Shown: positions 36,852-46,520 of the stretch, piece by piece
Numbering within the stretch: the first letter of the stretch is position 1
Layout of the letters: each line of letters starts with the position of its first letter
Virus record (IMG/VR): IMGVR_UViG_3300017971_000185
Coordinates: 433,195 to 497,194 of that record
Length of the DNA stretch: 64,000 nucleotides
Reading direction: 5' to 3' (one strand)
The notes under the pieces: model-generated
Database searches by the model: none
What the model was told of the DNA's origin: nothing
The model's input: only the letters and a program-made list of their open reading frames with translations
Translations under genes and position numbers: made by a program

Positions 36852-37724
36852 ATGACGGTTGACAACGCAGTCAAACAGCGCATCATCAGCGACTACATCA
36901 AGACCGCTGCTGGGCGTCACAAGCTGGCCGCGTCCATGACGCAGCCTCTCCGCACGCGGCGTGACTACACGTCTGTGGGTCGGCGCACGTTCCTCGTGGA
37001 GCAACTCCCCGATGGCGCACTGCCGATCTACGACAAGGATCCCGATGTCACGGCGTATGTCGTCGGCGAGGAAGGCGAGAACATTCTCGCTGTCACCAAG
37101 CCGCGGCGCGTGGTGTTCCCACTCTTCGAGATCGCGAGCTTGCCCGAGATCCCGCTGACCCAGATCAAGGAGCGGCGCTTCGACCTGATCGAGCGTGCGC
37201 AAGATCTGGCGAGGGCTCAGATCCAAGCCGCGGAGGACGAGAGGGTGTTCGCCATCCTCGACGCTATCGCCACTGTTGGATTCGACTCGCTTCCGGGCCA
37301 GTTGAACCCCGACGTGCCGGTGGTCGCTCCCATTTCTGGTGCCGTCCTGGCCGACGCATTCAGTCTCATCGAGCGTCACGACCTTCGGGTTGCTCGTGTG
37401 TACATGAATGCGCGCGACTATGCCGACATCAGGAAGTTTGGTCGGGACATCTTGGATATCGAGAGTCAGCGCGACTTGCTGAAGACCGGTCTCCAGGCAA
37501 CCCTGTGGGGCGCGCAGATCATCACCAGCCGGCTCGTTCCGGTTGGCACGGTCTATGTGTGCTGCGAGCCCGAGTTGTTCGGACGCATCCCGGTGCGTAC
37601 AGAACTCACGGTCCTCTCGGCCGACGACCCCCGCGCCCGCACCATCGGGTTCTCAGTTTTTGAGAATCTCGGAATCGGTGCCTACAACCCGCGTGGGCTC
37701 ACTCGACTGTCTGTCACCCGCTAG
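36852..37724 (+). CDS. Major capsid protein (HK97/encapsulin-like fold)
   Basis: GGAGG RBS; 290 aa; VEQLPDGALPIYDKD, FPLFEIAS.PEI, RAQIQAAED; strongly biased codons; followed by a terminator. Confidence 0.82.
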   Translation: MTVDNAVKQRIISDYIKTAAGRHKLAASMTQPLRTRRDYTSVGRRTFLVEQLPDGALPIYDKDPDVTAYVVGEEGENILAVTKPRRVVFPLFEIASLPEIPLTQIKERRFDLIERAQDLARAQIQAAEDERVFAILDAIATVGFDSLPGQLNPDVPVVAPISGAVLADAFSLIERHDLRVARVYMNARDYADIRKFGRDILDIESQRDLLKTGLQATLWGAQIITSRLVPVGTVYVCCEPELFGRIPVRTELTVLSADDPRARTIGFSVFENLGIGAYNPRGLTRLSVTR

Positions 37725-37746
37725 TAGCGGCTGAGAGGCAGAATGG

Positions 37747-37782
37747 AACCCCGGTGGCTTCGGCCTCCGGGGTTTTCTTTTT
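37747..37782 (+). terminator. Rho-independent terminator
   Basis: AACCCCGG-TGGC-TTCG-GCCT-CCGGGGTT followed by TTCTTTTT. Confidence 0.88.
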
Positions 37783-37826
37783 GCTTGTGGGGCGTATTTG
37801 GGGCGCGGTAGGATACCCAGGACCCT

Positions 37827-38810
37827 ATGCGTGCCATCCCGTGTCCTATTTCTCCACAGGAGCTTGAACAGCTTTATCGAGTAGAGAAACTCACTGACGA
37901 GCAGATTGTCGAACGCATCGGTGAGGAGGCGACGGTCAAGCGTGTTCGATCGTGGCGTAAGCGGTTTGGCATTCGCACGCTTCATCGATGGGAGCGTTAC
38001 GATGTGCCGCTGATTGAGGGGCGACTCAAGTCTTTGCTAGTTGGCTCAATGCTCGGTGATGGGAGGCTCGTTTACAGGACGCACGCAACCCACTACACGG
38101 AGAACCATGAGGAGGCTCAGAAGGCTTATCTTGAGTGGAAAGTCGCTCAATGGGGGTCGTCCTGGGTGCGTACGGAGCCCAAGCCCAGTGTCAAGAAGAA
38201 GGATGGGAAAACCTACCGTTCATGGCGATTCAACACGGTCGCCCATGCGATTCTGAATGATTGGCAAGCGCTTTTCTACGAACGGCGTGATCGCGGCTGG
38301 AAGCGTCTTGTCTCTGAGATCGTGGATCATGTAGACGAATTCGCGCTGGCCATCTGGTACCTCGATGATGGTTCTGCGGGATGGTGGCCTGACATCATAT
38401 TCGGTGCGGATGGGGAAAGCCGCAAGGTTGCGTGGGCCATCTTTGAAAAGTTCGGTCTCAAACCTCGGTGGCGGTTGGCGAAAGAGATGGCGGGTCGGGA
38501 GACAGGTACCTTTCACATGGAACGCGAAGACACTGCCGAGAAATTTCTCAACATTATCACACCACATGTCCCGGTCTGCATGGCGTGGAAACTCAGGGGT
38601 TTCGGTTACAACAGCGGTCGAAACAACATCATCAAGGGCAAGCTCGATTCCGAGGTCTTACGGGAGTTTGCGGCCGAGGGAATTCCAATTCGGCGCATAG
38701 CAAAGATTCTTGGGGTTGGTAGCTCCACGGTGGATCGCTATCTTCGGAAAAATGGGATCGAGCATCCCCGGACCAAGGGGAATCCAAACCATCGGAGAAC
38801 CCATGTCTAG
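37827..38810 (+). CDS. LAGLIDADG homing endonuclease with terminal HTH
   Basis: LVGSMLGDG and LAIWYLDDG; C-terminal IRRIAKILGVGSSTVDRYLRKNGI. Confidence 0.85.
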   Translation: MRAIPCPISPQELEQLYRVEKLTDEQIVERIGEEATVKRVRSWRKRFGIRTLHRWERYDVPLIEGRLKSLLVGSMLGDGRLVYRTHATHYTENHEEAQKAYLEWKVAQWGSSWVRTEPKPSVKKKDGKTYRSWRFNTVAHAILNDWQALFYERRDRGWKRLVSEIVDHVDEFALAIWYLDDGSAGWWPDIIFGADGESRKVAWAIFEKFGLKPRWRLAKEMAGRETGTFHMEREDTAEKFLNIITPHVPVCMAWKLRGFGYNSGRNNIIKGKLDSEVLREFAAEGIPIRRIAKILGVGSSTVDRYLRKNGIEHPRTKGNPNHRRTHV

Positions 38811-39597
38811 CTCGACTGACGCACTTCGAAAATATCGTGAGGGATTGCGTGGAACGGCTAAGTATCGTGAGATGCGGGAGTATGATTGGGATCGGGTCCG
38901 GGCCGATCCTGCCAAGCATGCCAAGCGAAGTAAGACCAAACGAATCAAGCATGCTCGACGGATGGAGGAAGACTCTGACTACAAGACCAAGGTGTTGGCG
39001 GGAAGTAAGAGAGCCAACGCTCGTTTGAGAGAGCTTCCTGAGCATGAACGCTCTGCCAAACTCCACAAGTGGCGTTTGAAGAGCAGCTATGGTCTTACGC
39101 CTGAAGACTACGAGGAGCTTTTGGCTTCTCAGGGGAATGCCTGCGCGATCTGCCAGACCAAAGAGCCTGGCGGTAAGCGTAAGGTCTTTTCTGTAGACCA
39201 TTGCCATGAGTCGGGAAAAATCCGGGGGCTTTTGTGTGCTGGCTGTAATCTGGGGTTGGGTAAATTCAAGGATGATCCTGAGCTGCTTTGTTCAGCCATC
39301 GCCTATCTGAAAGCAGCAGAAGGAAAGCCGTCTCCTGAGGATATGCTTCATACAGTCACCTGTTCTGATTGTGGGAAGCGGTGGAAGACCAGGAGAGTCA
39401 GAGGATTGGTTTGTCCAGAGTGCGAGGAAAAGCGGGCTCAGGAACGAGAGCGGCGTTGGAGGTTGCGTAGAACCAAACAGTGTCCCACATGCGGTGGTGG
39501 GTTTGTGGATGAAACGCAGGCCAACAACCGTAAGTACTGTTCTTCTCTGTGCTTGGCCAAGGCACAGGCTGTGCGTCGGAAGGAGCGGGATGCGTAG
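38803..39597 (+). CDS. Endonuclease VII-family His-Me nuclease with zinc ribbons
   Basis: YGLTPEDYEELLASQGNACAIC..VDHCHESGKIRGLLCAGCN. Confidence 0.88.
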   Translation: MSSSTDALRKYREGLRGTAKYREMREYDWDRVRADPAKHAKRSKTKRIKHARRMEEDSDYKTKVLAGSKRANARLRELPEHERSAKLHKWRLKSSYGLTPEDYEELLASQGNACAICQTKEPGGKRKVFSVDHCHESGKIRGLLCAGCNLGLGKFKDDPELLCSAIAYLKAAEGKPSPEDMLHTVTCSDCGKRWKTRRVRGLVCPECEEKRAQERERRWRLRRTKQCPTCGGGFVDETQANNRKYCSSLCLAKAQAVRRKERDA

Positions 39598-40765
39598 CAA
39601 GAGGCCACCGCGAGAAGTCTTGGAGAGCTTGGTCGCGGAGCTTTTGACGCAACAGCAGATTGCTGGTCGTTATGGTGTGGCTCAGGTAACGGTGAGTCGC
39701 TGGCTGCGGCATTATGGGATTGAGGCGTTGGGTAAGACGGGGAAGATTGATCGGGAGCTGCCGCCTCTGACCGCGATTCAGCAGGCGCTCGTCGTGGGAT
39801 CTTTGTTGGGGGACGGGACGATGAGTGCTCCCAGCTTTCGCACGGCACGGATTGCGGAGGGGCATGCGCTCAAGCAGCGGGAGTACACGGATTGGAAGGC
39901 CGGCATCATGGGATCTTACGTGTCCAATCAGTATGAGGCTACCAAACGGAAGGACGGCAAGACGTACAAGGCGTGGTGGTATTCGTCTCGGACGACGACT
40001 CGGCTGCGTCCTTTTTACGATATGTTTTACGGCAGCGGGCACAAGGTGTTTCCGAAGCAGTTACCTGAGTTGATGACGCCTTTTGTGCTTGCCGTGTGGT
40101 ACATGGATGACGGGAGCCGGTGGGGGAGGTACTACCCACGCATCTCCTACGGCCTGGATGCTCAGGGTCTAGACCGAGCTTTGGAGGCTTTGGCGATGTT
40201 GGGTTTGTCTCCAAAGGTATACACGAGCAAGAAGGGGCGCACGCTTCATTTTCCGGGGCAAGATGATCTTTTCTTTAGCTTGGTCCGAGAGCATGTGCAT
40301 TCGTGTATGGTTTACAAGCTGCCTCTTGAGCGTGTCCGAAAACGTTATGTGTTTGTTGCGGAGAGGCAGGATCGGAGGCCCGAGTTTATTTCTGCCCTGA
40401 CGCCGGAGCGTTTGCGGAAGATGTACGAAGGCGACCTGATGACGGATGGGGAGATTGCTGTTTGTGTTGCCAAGCGCTTTGGTGTTTCTCCGTTTCGTGC
40501 GGAGACTGTGCGGAGAGTCCGAAAGAAGTGGGGTATTCCGGCCATGACGAGTCAGGAACGGAAAGAGAGGAGGCGTGGGACTGCTCCGCGATTGACTGGC
40601 TTGACACGGAAGGTTTTGGAACGTTTGTACGTCGAGGATTTGCTAAGCGACACGGAAATTGGGAGAATCTACGGCGTGAGCAAGACGCCGATTCGGGCAC
40701 GACGCAGGGCATACGGGATTTTGGCCATTTCCAAGGCAGAACGAGCCAGGTTGAGGTTGGGTTGA
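39590..40765 (+). CDS. LAGLIDADG homing endonuclease with HTH modules
   Basis: VVGSLLGDG and LAVWYMDDG; TQQQIAGRYGVAQVTV; AGGAG RBS before ATG 39590. Confidence 0.85.
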   Translation: MRSKRPPREVLESLVAELLTQQQIAGRYGVAQVTVSRWLRHYGIEALGKTGKIDRELPPLTAIQQALVVGSLLGDGTMSAPSFRTARIAEGHALKQREYTDWKAGIMGSYVSNQYEATKRKDGKTYKAWWYSSRTTTRLRPFYDMFYGSGHKVFPKQLPELMTPFVLAVWYMDDGSRWGRYYPRISYGLDAQGLDRALEALAMLGLSPKVYTSKKGRTLHFPGQDDLFFSLVREHVHSCMVYKLPLERVRKRYVFVAERQDRRPEFISALTPERLRKMYEGDLMTDGEIAVCVAKRFGVSPFRAETVRRVRKKWGIPAMTSQERKERRRGTAPRLTGLTRKVLERLYVEDLLSDTEIGRIYGVSKTPIRARRRAYGILAISKAERARLRLG

Positions 40766-40807
40766 ACGGCATGCTTCAAAAAATCGTGAGGGATTGCGTA
40801 TGAGGAA

Positions 40808-42055
40808 GTGATGAGCGACGGATCGTTCAAGCGGTTTCTCGGGATTTCCGTTCTGGAGGCAGCGCGTCAGCGTATCTCTTGGACATTTGATGTGTTTGAG
40901 AAGATCTGCGTTTCGTTTTCGGGCGGGAAGGATTCGGGGGTCATGTTGCATCTTGTCATGGACGAAGCCATCAAGCGGGGTCGGAAGGTTCATGTCATGT
41001 TCATCGACTGGGAGGCGCAATACGATCTCACGATCAGCTACGTGCGGGATTGTTTCAAGCTGTATGAGGAGCACATCATTCCCTATTGGGTGTGTCTCCC
41101 GTTGACGACCACGAATGCGGTCAGCGTATACGAGCCCGAGTGGGTTTGTTGGGACCCGGCCAAGAAGGATTTGTGGGTACGTCCGCTGCCTGAGGGTGTG
41201 ATATCAGATCCTCGCGGGTTTCCCTTCTACGAAGACAAGATGACATTCGAGGACTTTGTCCCAGAATTCGGCGAGTGGTTTGGCCAGGATGCCGGCTCCG
41301 CCGCGTGTCTGATTGGTCTTCGGTCTGGGGAGTCGTTGAATCGGTTTCGGACGTTGATTAGCGATCGGAAGGTGACCAAGGATGGGAGGCAGTGGACGAC
41401 CAAGGTAGGGCAGCCGGGGACGTTCAATGTCTACCCGATCTATGATTGGCAAACGAAAGACGTTTGGACATATTACGGGGCGTTTGAGAAGCCGTACAAT
41501 CGGTTGTATGATCGGTTTTACCAGGCTGGGTTGTCGCTGCACCAGATGCGGATTTGCGAGCCCTATGGAGATGAGCAGCGCCGGGGCTTATGGTTGTTTC
41601 ACGTGATCGAGCCACAGACGTGGAGCCGCATCATGGCCCGTGTTGCGGGGGCGAATTCCGGCGCCTTGTATGCTGGCGAGCGTGGAAACATCTTGGGAAA
41701 TCAGAAGGTCACGCTACCTGATGGTCATACGTGGAAATCGTTTACGATGATGTTGCTCGATACGATGCCGCAGGCGACGGCTGAGCATTACAGGAACAAG
41801 TTTGCGGTCTATCTCAAGTGGTACAAGGACCACGAGGGTTTGGACGACGTACCTGATTCCGTGCCTGGTGATACAGGGTCGCGGGATGTGGGGTCTTGGC
41901 GTCGGATGGCGCGTTGCATCTTGAAAAACGACTTCTGGGCAAGTAGTTTGAGTTTCGGTCCTCAGAGAAATTCGGCGTACAAGAAGTATCAAGATCTCAT
42001 GAAACGCAGGCGCAGAGAGTGGGGTATTTTTGCAGAGACGGTGACAGATGAGTAA
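40808..42055 (+). CDS. ibrA: PAPS-reductase-family (DUF3440, IbrA/YbdN-like) protein
   Basis: VSFSGGKDS PP-loop, IGLRSGESLNR, YPIYDW, QMRICEPYGDEQR. Confidence 0.82.
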   Translation: MMSDGSFKRFLGISVLEAARQRISWTFDVFEKICVSFSGGKDSGVMLHLVMDEAIKRGRKVHVMFIDWEAQYDLTISYVRDCFKLYEEHIIPYWVCLPLTTTNAVSVYEPEWVCWDPAKKDLWVRPLPEGVISDPRGFPFYEDKMTFEDFVPEFGEWFGQDAGSAACLIGLRSGESLNRFRTLISDRKVTKDGRQWTTKVGQPGTFNVYPIYDWQTKDVWTYYGAFEKPYNRLYDRFYQAGLSLHQMRICEPYGDEQRRGLWLFHVIEPQTWSRIMARVAGANSGALYAGERGNILGNQKVTLPDGHTWKSFTMMLLDTMPQATAEHYRNKFAVYLKWYKDHEGLDDVPDSVPGDTGSRDVGSWRRMARCILKNDFWASSLSFGPQRNSAYKKYQDLMKRRRREWGIFAETVTDE

Positions 42056-42470
42056 CGTCCAATTGACTCTGATCGAGGGTGACCGGGATCGCGAGTTTTA
42101 CGCGGATATGGGTCCTTTCTTTGCGAGCGCCGAGGTAAGTAAAGAGCTTGGTTCGCCCCTTTATGATGAAGCGGGATCTTTTTGGGTGATTGCCCGGAAG
42201 GCCAAGAAGGTCGTGGGGTGGTCCGTGTTTCGGATTCGGAAGGACGGAGTTGCTGTGTTTGATTGGACCTACGTGGTGCCGGAATGGCGACAGGAGGGCT
42301 TGTGGGAGCGGCTTTACGATTTCAAGATGGACTGGTTGCGTGAGCGCGGGGTGGCGCGCGTGAATACCGCAACCAGTGATGAGGACATGCAGAGGGCGTT
42401 CAAGAAGCGCGGGTGGCGCGTCCGGCGCGAGAAGGGAGCTTGGTTGTTTTACGAGAGGGAGGTGTTCTGA
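42048..42470 (+). CDS. GNAT-family acetyltransferase
   Basis: TYVVPEWRQEGL (V.P..R..G. acetyl-CoA motif), FKKRGW. Confidence 0.7.
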   Translation: MSNVQLTLIEGDRDREFYADMGPFFASAEVSKELGSPLYDEAGSFWVIARKAKKVVGWSVFRIRKDGVAVFDWTYVVPEWRQEGLWERLYDFKMDWLRERGVARVNTATSDEDMQRAFKKRGWRVRREKGAWLFYEREVF

Positions 42471-43120
42471 TGTCTGAGACGCTTCTGGCGCGCGCGGAGG
42501 AGCTTTTTGCTGAGCTAGACGTCATGGGCCTTGAGGAGCGTGTGGAGGCTCTCAATGGTCTACGGAAGCTCCTACATGCTCATAGTCCGTTTCGAGAGGA
42601 GCCTGTGGACTGTCTCCAGTGGGTACCGGAGAAGGGGGTCAGGGCCAACTCTTACAATCCCAACGTCGTGTCTCCCGTGGAGATGGAGCTTTTGGCCCAC
42701 TCGATCAAGTCGGATGGGTACACGCAGCCAATTGTCGGCTTTTATACGGGGGGCGAGTATGAGGTTGTGGATGGGTTTCATCGGAATCGGGTGGGGAAGG
42801 AGGATGGTGAGATTCGGGAGCGCATTCACGGGTACTTGCCGCTGGTAGTGATCAACGAGGAGCGCAGGGGGATCAGGGATCGGATGGCGGCGACAATTCG
42901 TCACAATCGTGCTCGGGGGCGGCACCAAGTCAGCGGGATGGCTGAGATTGTGGTTGAGTTGTCACGACGCAAGTGGAAGGATGAGCGTATTGCGAAGGAG
43001 CTTGGTATGGACCCTGATGAGGTCTTGCGGCTCAAGCAGATTACCGGACTTGCTGAGGCTTTTCGGGATCGAGAGTTTTCCAAGGCGTGGGAGCCTGAGC
43101 TTGACGGAGGCGACACATAA
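42470..43120 (+). CDS. ibrB: ParB/Srx-like (IbrB/YbdM-like) protein
   Basis: ANSYNPN, SIKSDGYTQPI, VVDGFHR, TIRHNRARG; TGATG coupling. Confidence 0.82.
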   Translation: MSETLLARAEELFAELDVMGLEERVEALNGLRKLLHAHSPFREEPVDCLQWVPEKGVRANSYNPNVVSPVEMELLAHSIKSDGYTQPIVGFYTGGEYEVVDGFHRNRVGKEDGEIRERIHGYLPLVVINEERRGIRDRMAATIRHNRARGRHQVSGMAEIVVELSRRKWKDERIAKELGMDPDEVLRLKQITGLAEAFRDREFSKAWEPELDGGDT

Positions 43121-43354
43121 TGGGGTAAGATCTCGTTGTGGGGCAGAGCCTACCCAGACTCCTCACCCGTCAACAGATCGCGGCACTTCGCGATGGGGAT
43201 CTCATCAAGTGGTACAGGAAGTTGAAGTTTGTTCGGCAGGAGGGTTTGGACGGGAGTTTCTCGACGCCCAAGAGGGCGCGGTGGTGTTACCATGAGGCGC
43301 GGAGGGAGATTGGGCGGCGGGGTCTGCGAGAGTACGAGACGACGGAGAACGTGA

Positions 43355-43864
43355 ATGGCTGAGGTTGACGATCTCAGAGCGGAGAATGAGAAGCTCAAGG
43401 GCGAGCTTGCTGATGCCGTGGAGCGAGCGAAGTTGTTTCTGGCCCAATTGCACACGCGTTGCCCCGTGTGCCAACCGAACGGGACCCCGCAACTGCTTGA
43501 GATTGAGGAACAGTGCAGTCGCCTAGCGGCAGCGCTGAAAATGATGGCAACGGCGGCTGTGGCCGTACTCGCGGAACATGTCCGTCCTAAGATGACGCGC
43601 CAAGAGGCGCGTCGGGTTTTTGAGGACGCTCTCGCCGACAATCCTGTGCCGAAGGTGTGTGCCGTTTTCTCTGCTCCACACGACGTGGGGCTTTCCACGC
43701 GCGTCTTGCAGAAGTGGCTCGATTCAGGGGAGACTCCTGCTGATGCGCCTCCCGTGATTGAGGTTGTCCGTGAAGTCTTACGCCTGAGAATGATACTTCG
43801 GGACGCGCAGGAAGGTCTCTCCACTGAGATGCGGTCGTGGGGAGAAGCTCCTTACAGCGACTAA
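43355..43864 (+). CDS. Hypothetical protein (coiled coil + CxxC)
   Basis: 169-aa ORF with RBS. Confidence 0.5.
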   Translation: MAEVDDLRAENEKLKGELADAVERAKLFLAQLHTRCPVCQPNGTPQLLEIEEQCSRLAAALKMMATAAVAVLAEHVRPKMTRQEARRVFEDALADNPVPKVCAVFSAPHDVGLSTRVLQKWLDSGETPADAPPVIEVVREVLRLRMILRDAQEGLSTEMRSWGEAPYSD

Positions 43865-43872
43865 GGAGATGG

Positions 43873-44115
43873 ATGATGCGATCCCTCGAAATCGCGGACA
43901 AGCTCAGCAGTCAGGACAAGGCGCTCTTGGTTTTCATGTGGAGTTTCGACGGCGAGTTTCGACCCGCAAGTGAGGCGCAATTCAGTAGCGTTGAGCGTTT
44001 CATGAAGTGCAAGTGTGTATGGGGCAGCGGCGAGCCTGTAGGTTCGCACTGTGAGATCAGCGATCTCGGGAAAGAGGTTGCCAGGGCCGTGCAGGAGAAA
44101 CACGATGTGCGATGA
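43873..44115 (+). CDS. Hypothetical protein
   Basis: AAGGAG RBS; coupled to the next ORF. Confidence 0.45.
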   Translation: MMRSLEIADKLSSQDKALLVFMWSFDGEFRPASEAQFSSVERFMKCKCVWGSGEPVGSHCEISDLGKEVARAVQEKHDVR

Positions 44116-44297
44116 GTGGCTGCCGGTTGATCTAGCCCATTTCGAGGGCGTGCAGGAGAGTCGAGACGTTTGGAAGAAGCGGGCAACGTGGTTTGAAAGG
44201 GCGTTGCGGAAGCTCAAAGCGTCAATGCCAGGCGATACGCCGCAACGCGGATTCCTGATCGCGATCATCGACACCGCGCTCGCTGTAGAAACGGGCC

Positions 44298-44840
44298 ATG
44301 AGCAACGAGATAATGAGGTATAGGGAGATGGACACAGACGAGAAAGTGACAATTGAGGAATCGCCGCGCCCGGAAACGGAAGAGGAAGAGAAAGCCTATT
44401 TTCTCAGAGCTTTTCGAGACGCGCTTGAGGAGATCTCGTATATTCTCCGGCTTCCTGGCTCCCCGGACTTGGTCGTTGATACAGTCGCGGGCGTGCGGAA
44501 GCTGGTTGCTGAAAACTCGGCTTATAGAGGTAAGAAGGAGGAGCATGCTCACGCTTCGACTCCAACGTGCCGTTTGTACGAACGAGTTGAGACGGGGATT
44601 GCTGCGGTCGATTCTGCTTTGGCTGGAGACATGATCGAGTGCAATCGCAAGACATCAACCTGGGAAGACGAGGCTCGGCGCGCGGTTAATGTCTTGGCTC
44701 GCGAGATCGTTGAGACGACGCGGTGGGTGGACATCATTGATCTCGTGAACGCGATTCGGCACATCCGGCGGGAGACGGAGCAGCACCAAGCGGAGGCAGA
44801 GCATCTATCCGCAGACGGGACTGAGAAGACCGATGGTTAA
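44298..44840 (+). CDS. Hypothetical protein
   Basis: 180-aa ORF overlapping its neighbours. Confidence 0.5.
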   Translation: MSNEIMRYREMDTDEKVTIEESPRPETEEEEKAYFLRAFRDALEEISYILRLPGSPDLVVDTVAGVRKLVAENSAYRGKKEEHAHASTPTCRLYERVETGIAAVDSALAGDMIECNRKTSTWEDEARRAVNVLAREIVETTRWVDIIDLVNAIRHIRRETEQHQAEAEHLSADGTEKTDG

Positions 44841-45234
44841 GCGCTACAGCATCAACCCGGTGGACGTTTGTTTGGTCGAGGATTCTGATGGGGACTATGT
44901 GCTCGCAACCGACTACGCTGCCGTGGAGGAGCGGGCAGAGCAGCTACGGCAGTGGGTTCACGATTGTCAAGCTGGCATGTACATCAACTGCGTCTACTGC
45001 GGACATCGCTATGGCCCGGATGATGAAGTGCCTGCGACGATGGCGGAGGTTCTCAAGGAGCACATCGAGCAGTGTCCTGAGCATCCGATGTCGGCGTTGA
45101 AAGCCGAACGAGACCAATTGGCTGAGGAGAATGCGTTGTTGCGTCGTGCGTTGTTGTCTGAGGAGGAGTTGACCAAGGAGGAGCAGGAGATGGTGAGGAA
45201 GCTGGAGGCCGTTATCGCGTCTCGGAAGGAGTGA
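44833..45234 (+). CDS. Hypothetical zinc-binding protein
   Basis: CVYCGHRY..EHIEQCPEHP. Confidence 0.55.
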   Translation: MVKRYSINPVDVCLVEDSDGDYVLATDYAAVEERAEQLRQWVHDCQAGMYINCVYCGHRYGPDDEVPATMAEVLKEHIEQCPEHPMSALKAERDQLAEENALLRRALLSEEELTKEEQEMVRKLEAVIASRKE

Positions 45235-45413
45235 ATGTCATGAAATCGACACCTAAGTGGTTGATTGTCTTGGCTATCGCATTGGTGGGACTGGTGGGGC
45301 TCATTGGCGACTGGGGGCTCGCGATTCATTTTGGGTTGCACATGATGTTGGCGGTTGTGGTCGTGATTGGGTTAGGTCTTGTGTGCCTGGACATCAGGAA
45401 GGGAGATAGGTGA
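45231..45413 (+). CDS. Small membrane protein
   Basis: Two hydrophobic segments in 60 aa. Confidence 0.5.
   Translation: MNVMKSTPKWLIVLAIALVGLVGLIGDWGLAIHFGLHMMLAVVVVIGLGLVCLDIRKGDR
45367..45392 (+). repeat. 26-nt direct repeat, copy 1 (copy 2 at 46521-46546)
   Basis: TTGGGTTAGGTCTTGTGTGCCTGGAC is identical at both sites. Confidence 0.85.
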
Positions 45414-45832
45414 TGCAGAAGCCATGTGCTGACGCGGGAGTCGGTTCGGAGAAACAGGCCGGCACGAGCTGGCGCGGCCGTCATTTCCTGACGGGGATGC
45501 CGCTGGAGGGCACGCTCTACCCGGACTTCCCGTCGCTCCTCGCGGCGTTGAGGTCGCTCTCCGTGGAGGTGTTTTCGCACGACTACCCGTCGCAGGATCC
45601 CGACGAGAGGTCCTTCGGGTTCGAGGAGGTGAGAGAGGGCTGGGAATCCGTGCTCCATCTTGTGCCCGTCGCCGCTCTCCGCGGAGAGGAGACGACGGGG
45701 CGCTTCAGGCCCGAGGCCGTTGAGGCCGACCCCACGGTTGACGGGCTGGAGTTTCTGATGGGGACGCCGGAGGGTCGGAGTCGCGTCGCGAAGATTCTCA
45801 ATCGGGACAAGAGGGGTAGACTGACGGTATGA
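45410..45832 (+). CDS. Hypothetical protein ending in an MCP-N-arm-like motif
   Basis: LEFLMGTPEGRSRVA versus MCP YIKTAAGRHKLA. Confidence 0.45.
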   Translation: MMQKPCADAGVGSEKQAGTSWRGRHFLTGMPLEGTLYPDFPSLLAALRSLSVEVFSHDYPSQDPDERSFGFEEVREGWESVLHLVPVAALRGEETTGRFRPEAVEADPTVDGLEFLMGTPEGRSRVAKILNRDKRGRLTV

Positions 45833-46113
45833 GGCGACCGCAGGTGCTTTTAGTTGGAGGTCTCTACGACGGAGATCCTTTGGATTACCTTCTCGCGAGC
45901 GACGCTTCGACACGTCTCGTGGACGCGCACGCGATTTTTGGGCGGAGTATGAAGGCATTGAGGGATGCGGGCTACGAACAGACCACGTTGGACCGCTACA
46001 CGCGGGAGGCGTTGGGTGTTGCTGCGTATGATGCCTCCGATTATCCGCGGCTTTTACGTGAAAACTACGAACGCCTTGTTCGGGTCACGGCCAAGTGGGT
46101 CGAAATCCGATGA
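45829..46113 (+). CDS. Hypothetical protein
   Basis: ATGA overlap, 94 aa. Confidence 0.45.
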   Translation: MRRPQVLLVGGLYDGDPLDYLLASDASTRLVDAHAIFGRSMKALRDAGYEQTTLDRYTREALGVAAYDASDYPRLLRENYERLVRVTAKWVEIR

Positions 46114-46520
46114 GCGTTGAGGCGGACGACCGGGGCAGCAGAAGCGGTAAGGTTTTGTATGGCACTCAAACGCAAACGCAAGCCCTCTGAGATCCTGGCT
46201 TCGACTAGCCGTCGATTCGGGGATCATACTGTTCGGTGTGTGCTTCGGCAGACACTCGATCAACGGGGCCGACCGACAGACGTTTTCCGTATCGAGGCCG
46301 ACGCCATGAGACCTGCAAAACGTGGGGACCGATGGCAGCCGATTCCGCTGTCGTGGAGACGCTTGTGGTTGGGAGATCGAGTAGAATGCCCATGACTCGC
46401 TACTTGGAGCCTTTTTTGCTCCCTCCTGAAGAGCGGGGTAAAGCTCCCGCGCGTGTCCAGGCCGAGATTTCTTCGATCAAAGGCACCGAGGCGAAATTGA
46501 CGGGGACGAGCGCGGCTTGG

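Noticed and set aside
729-45958. Numerous minus-strand ORFs opposite the + strand genes
   Set aside because: Shadow ORFs expected from high GC3; no motifs or RBS, and fully overlapping well-supported genes
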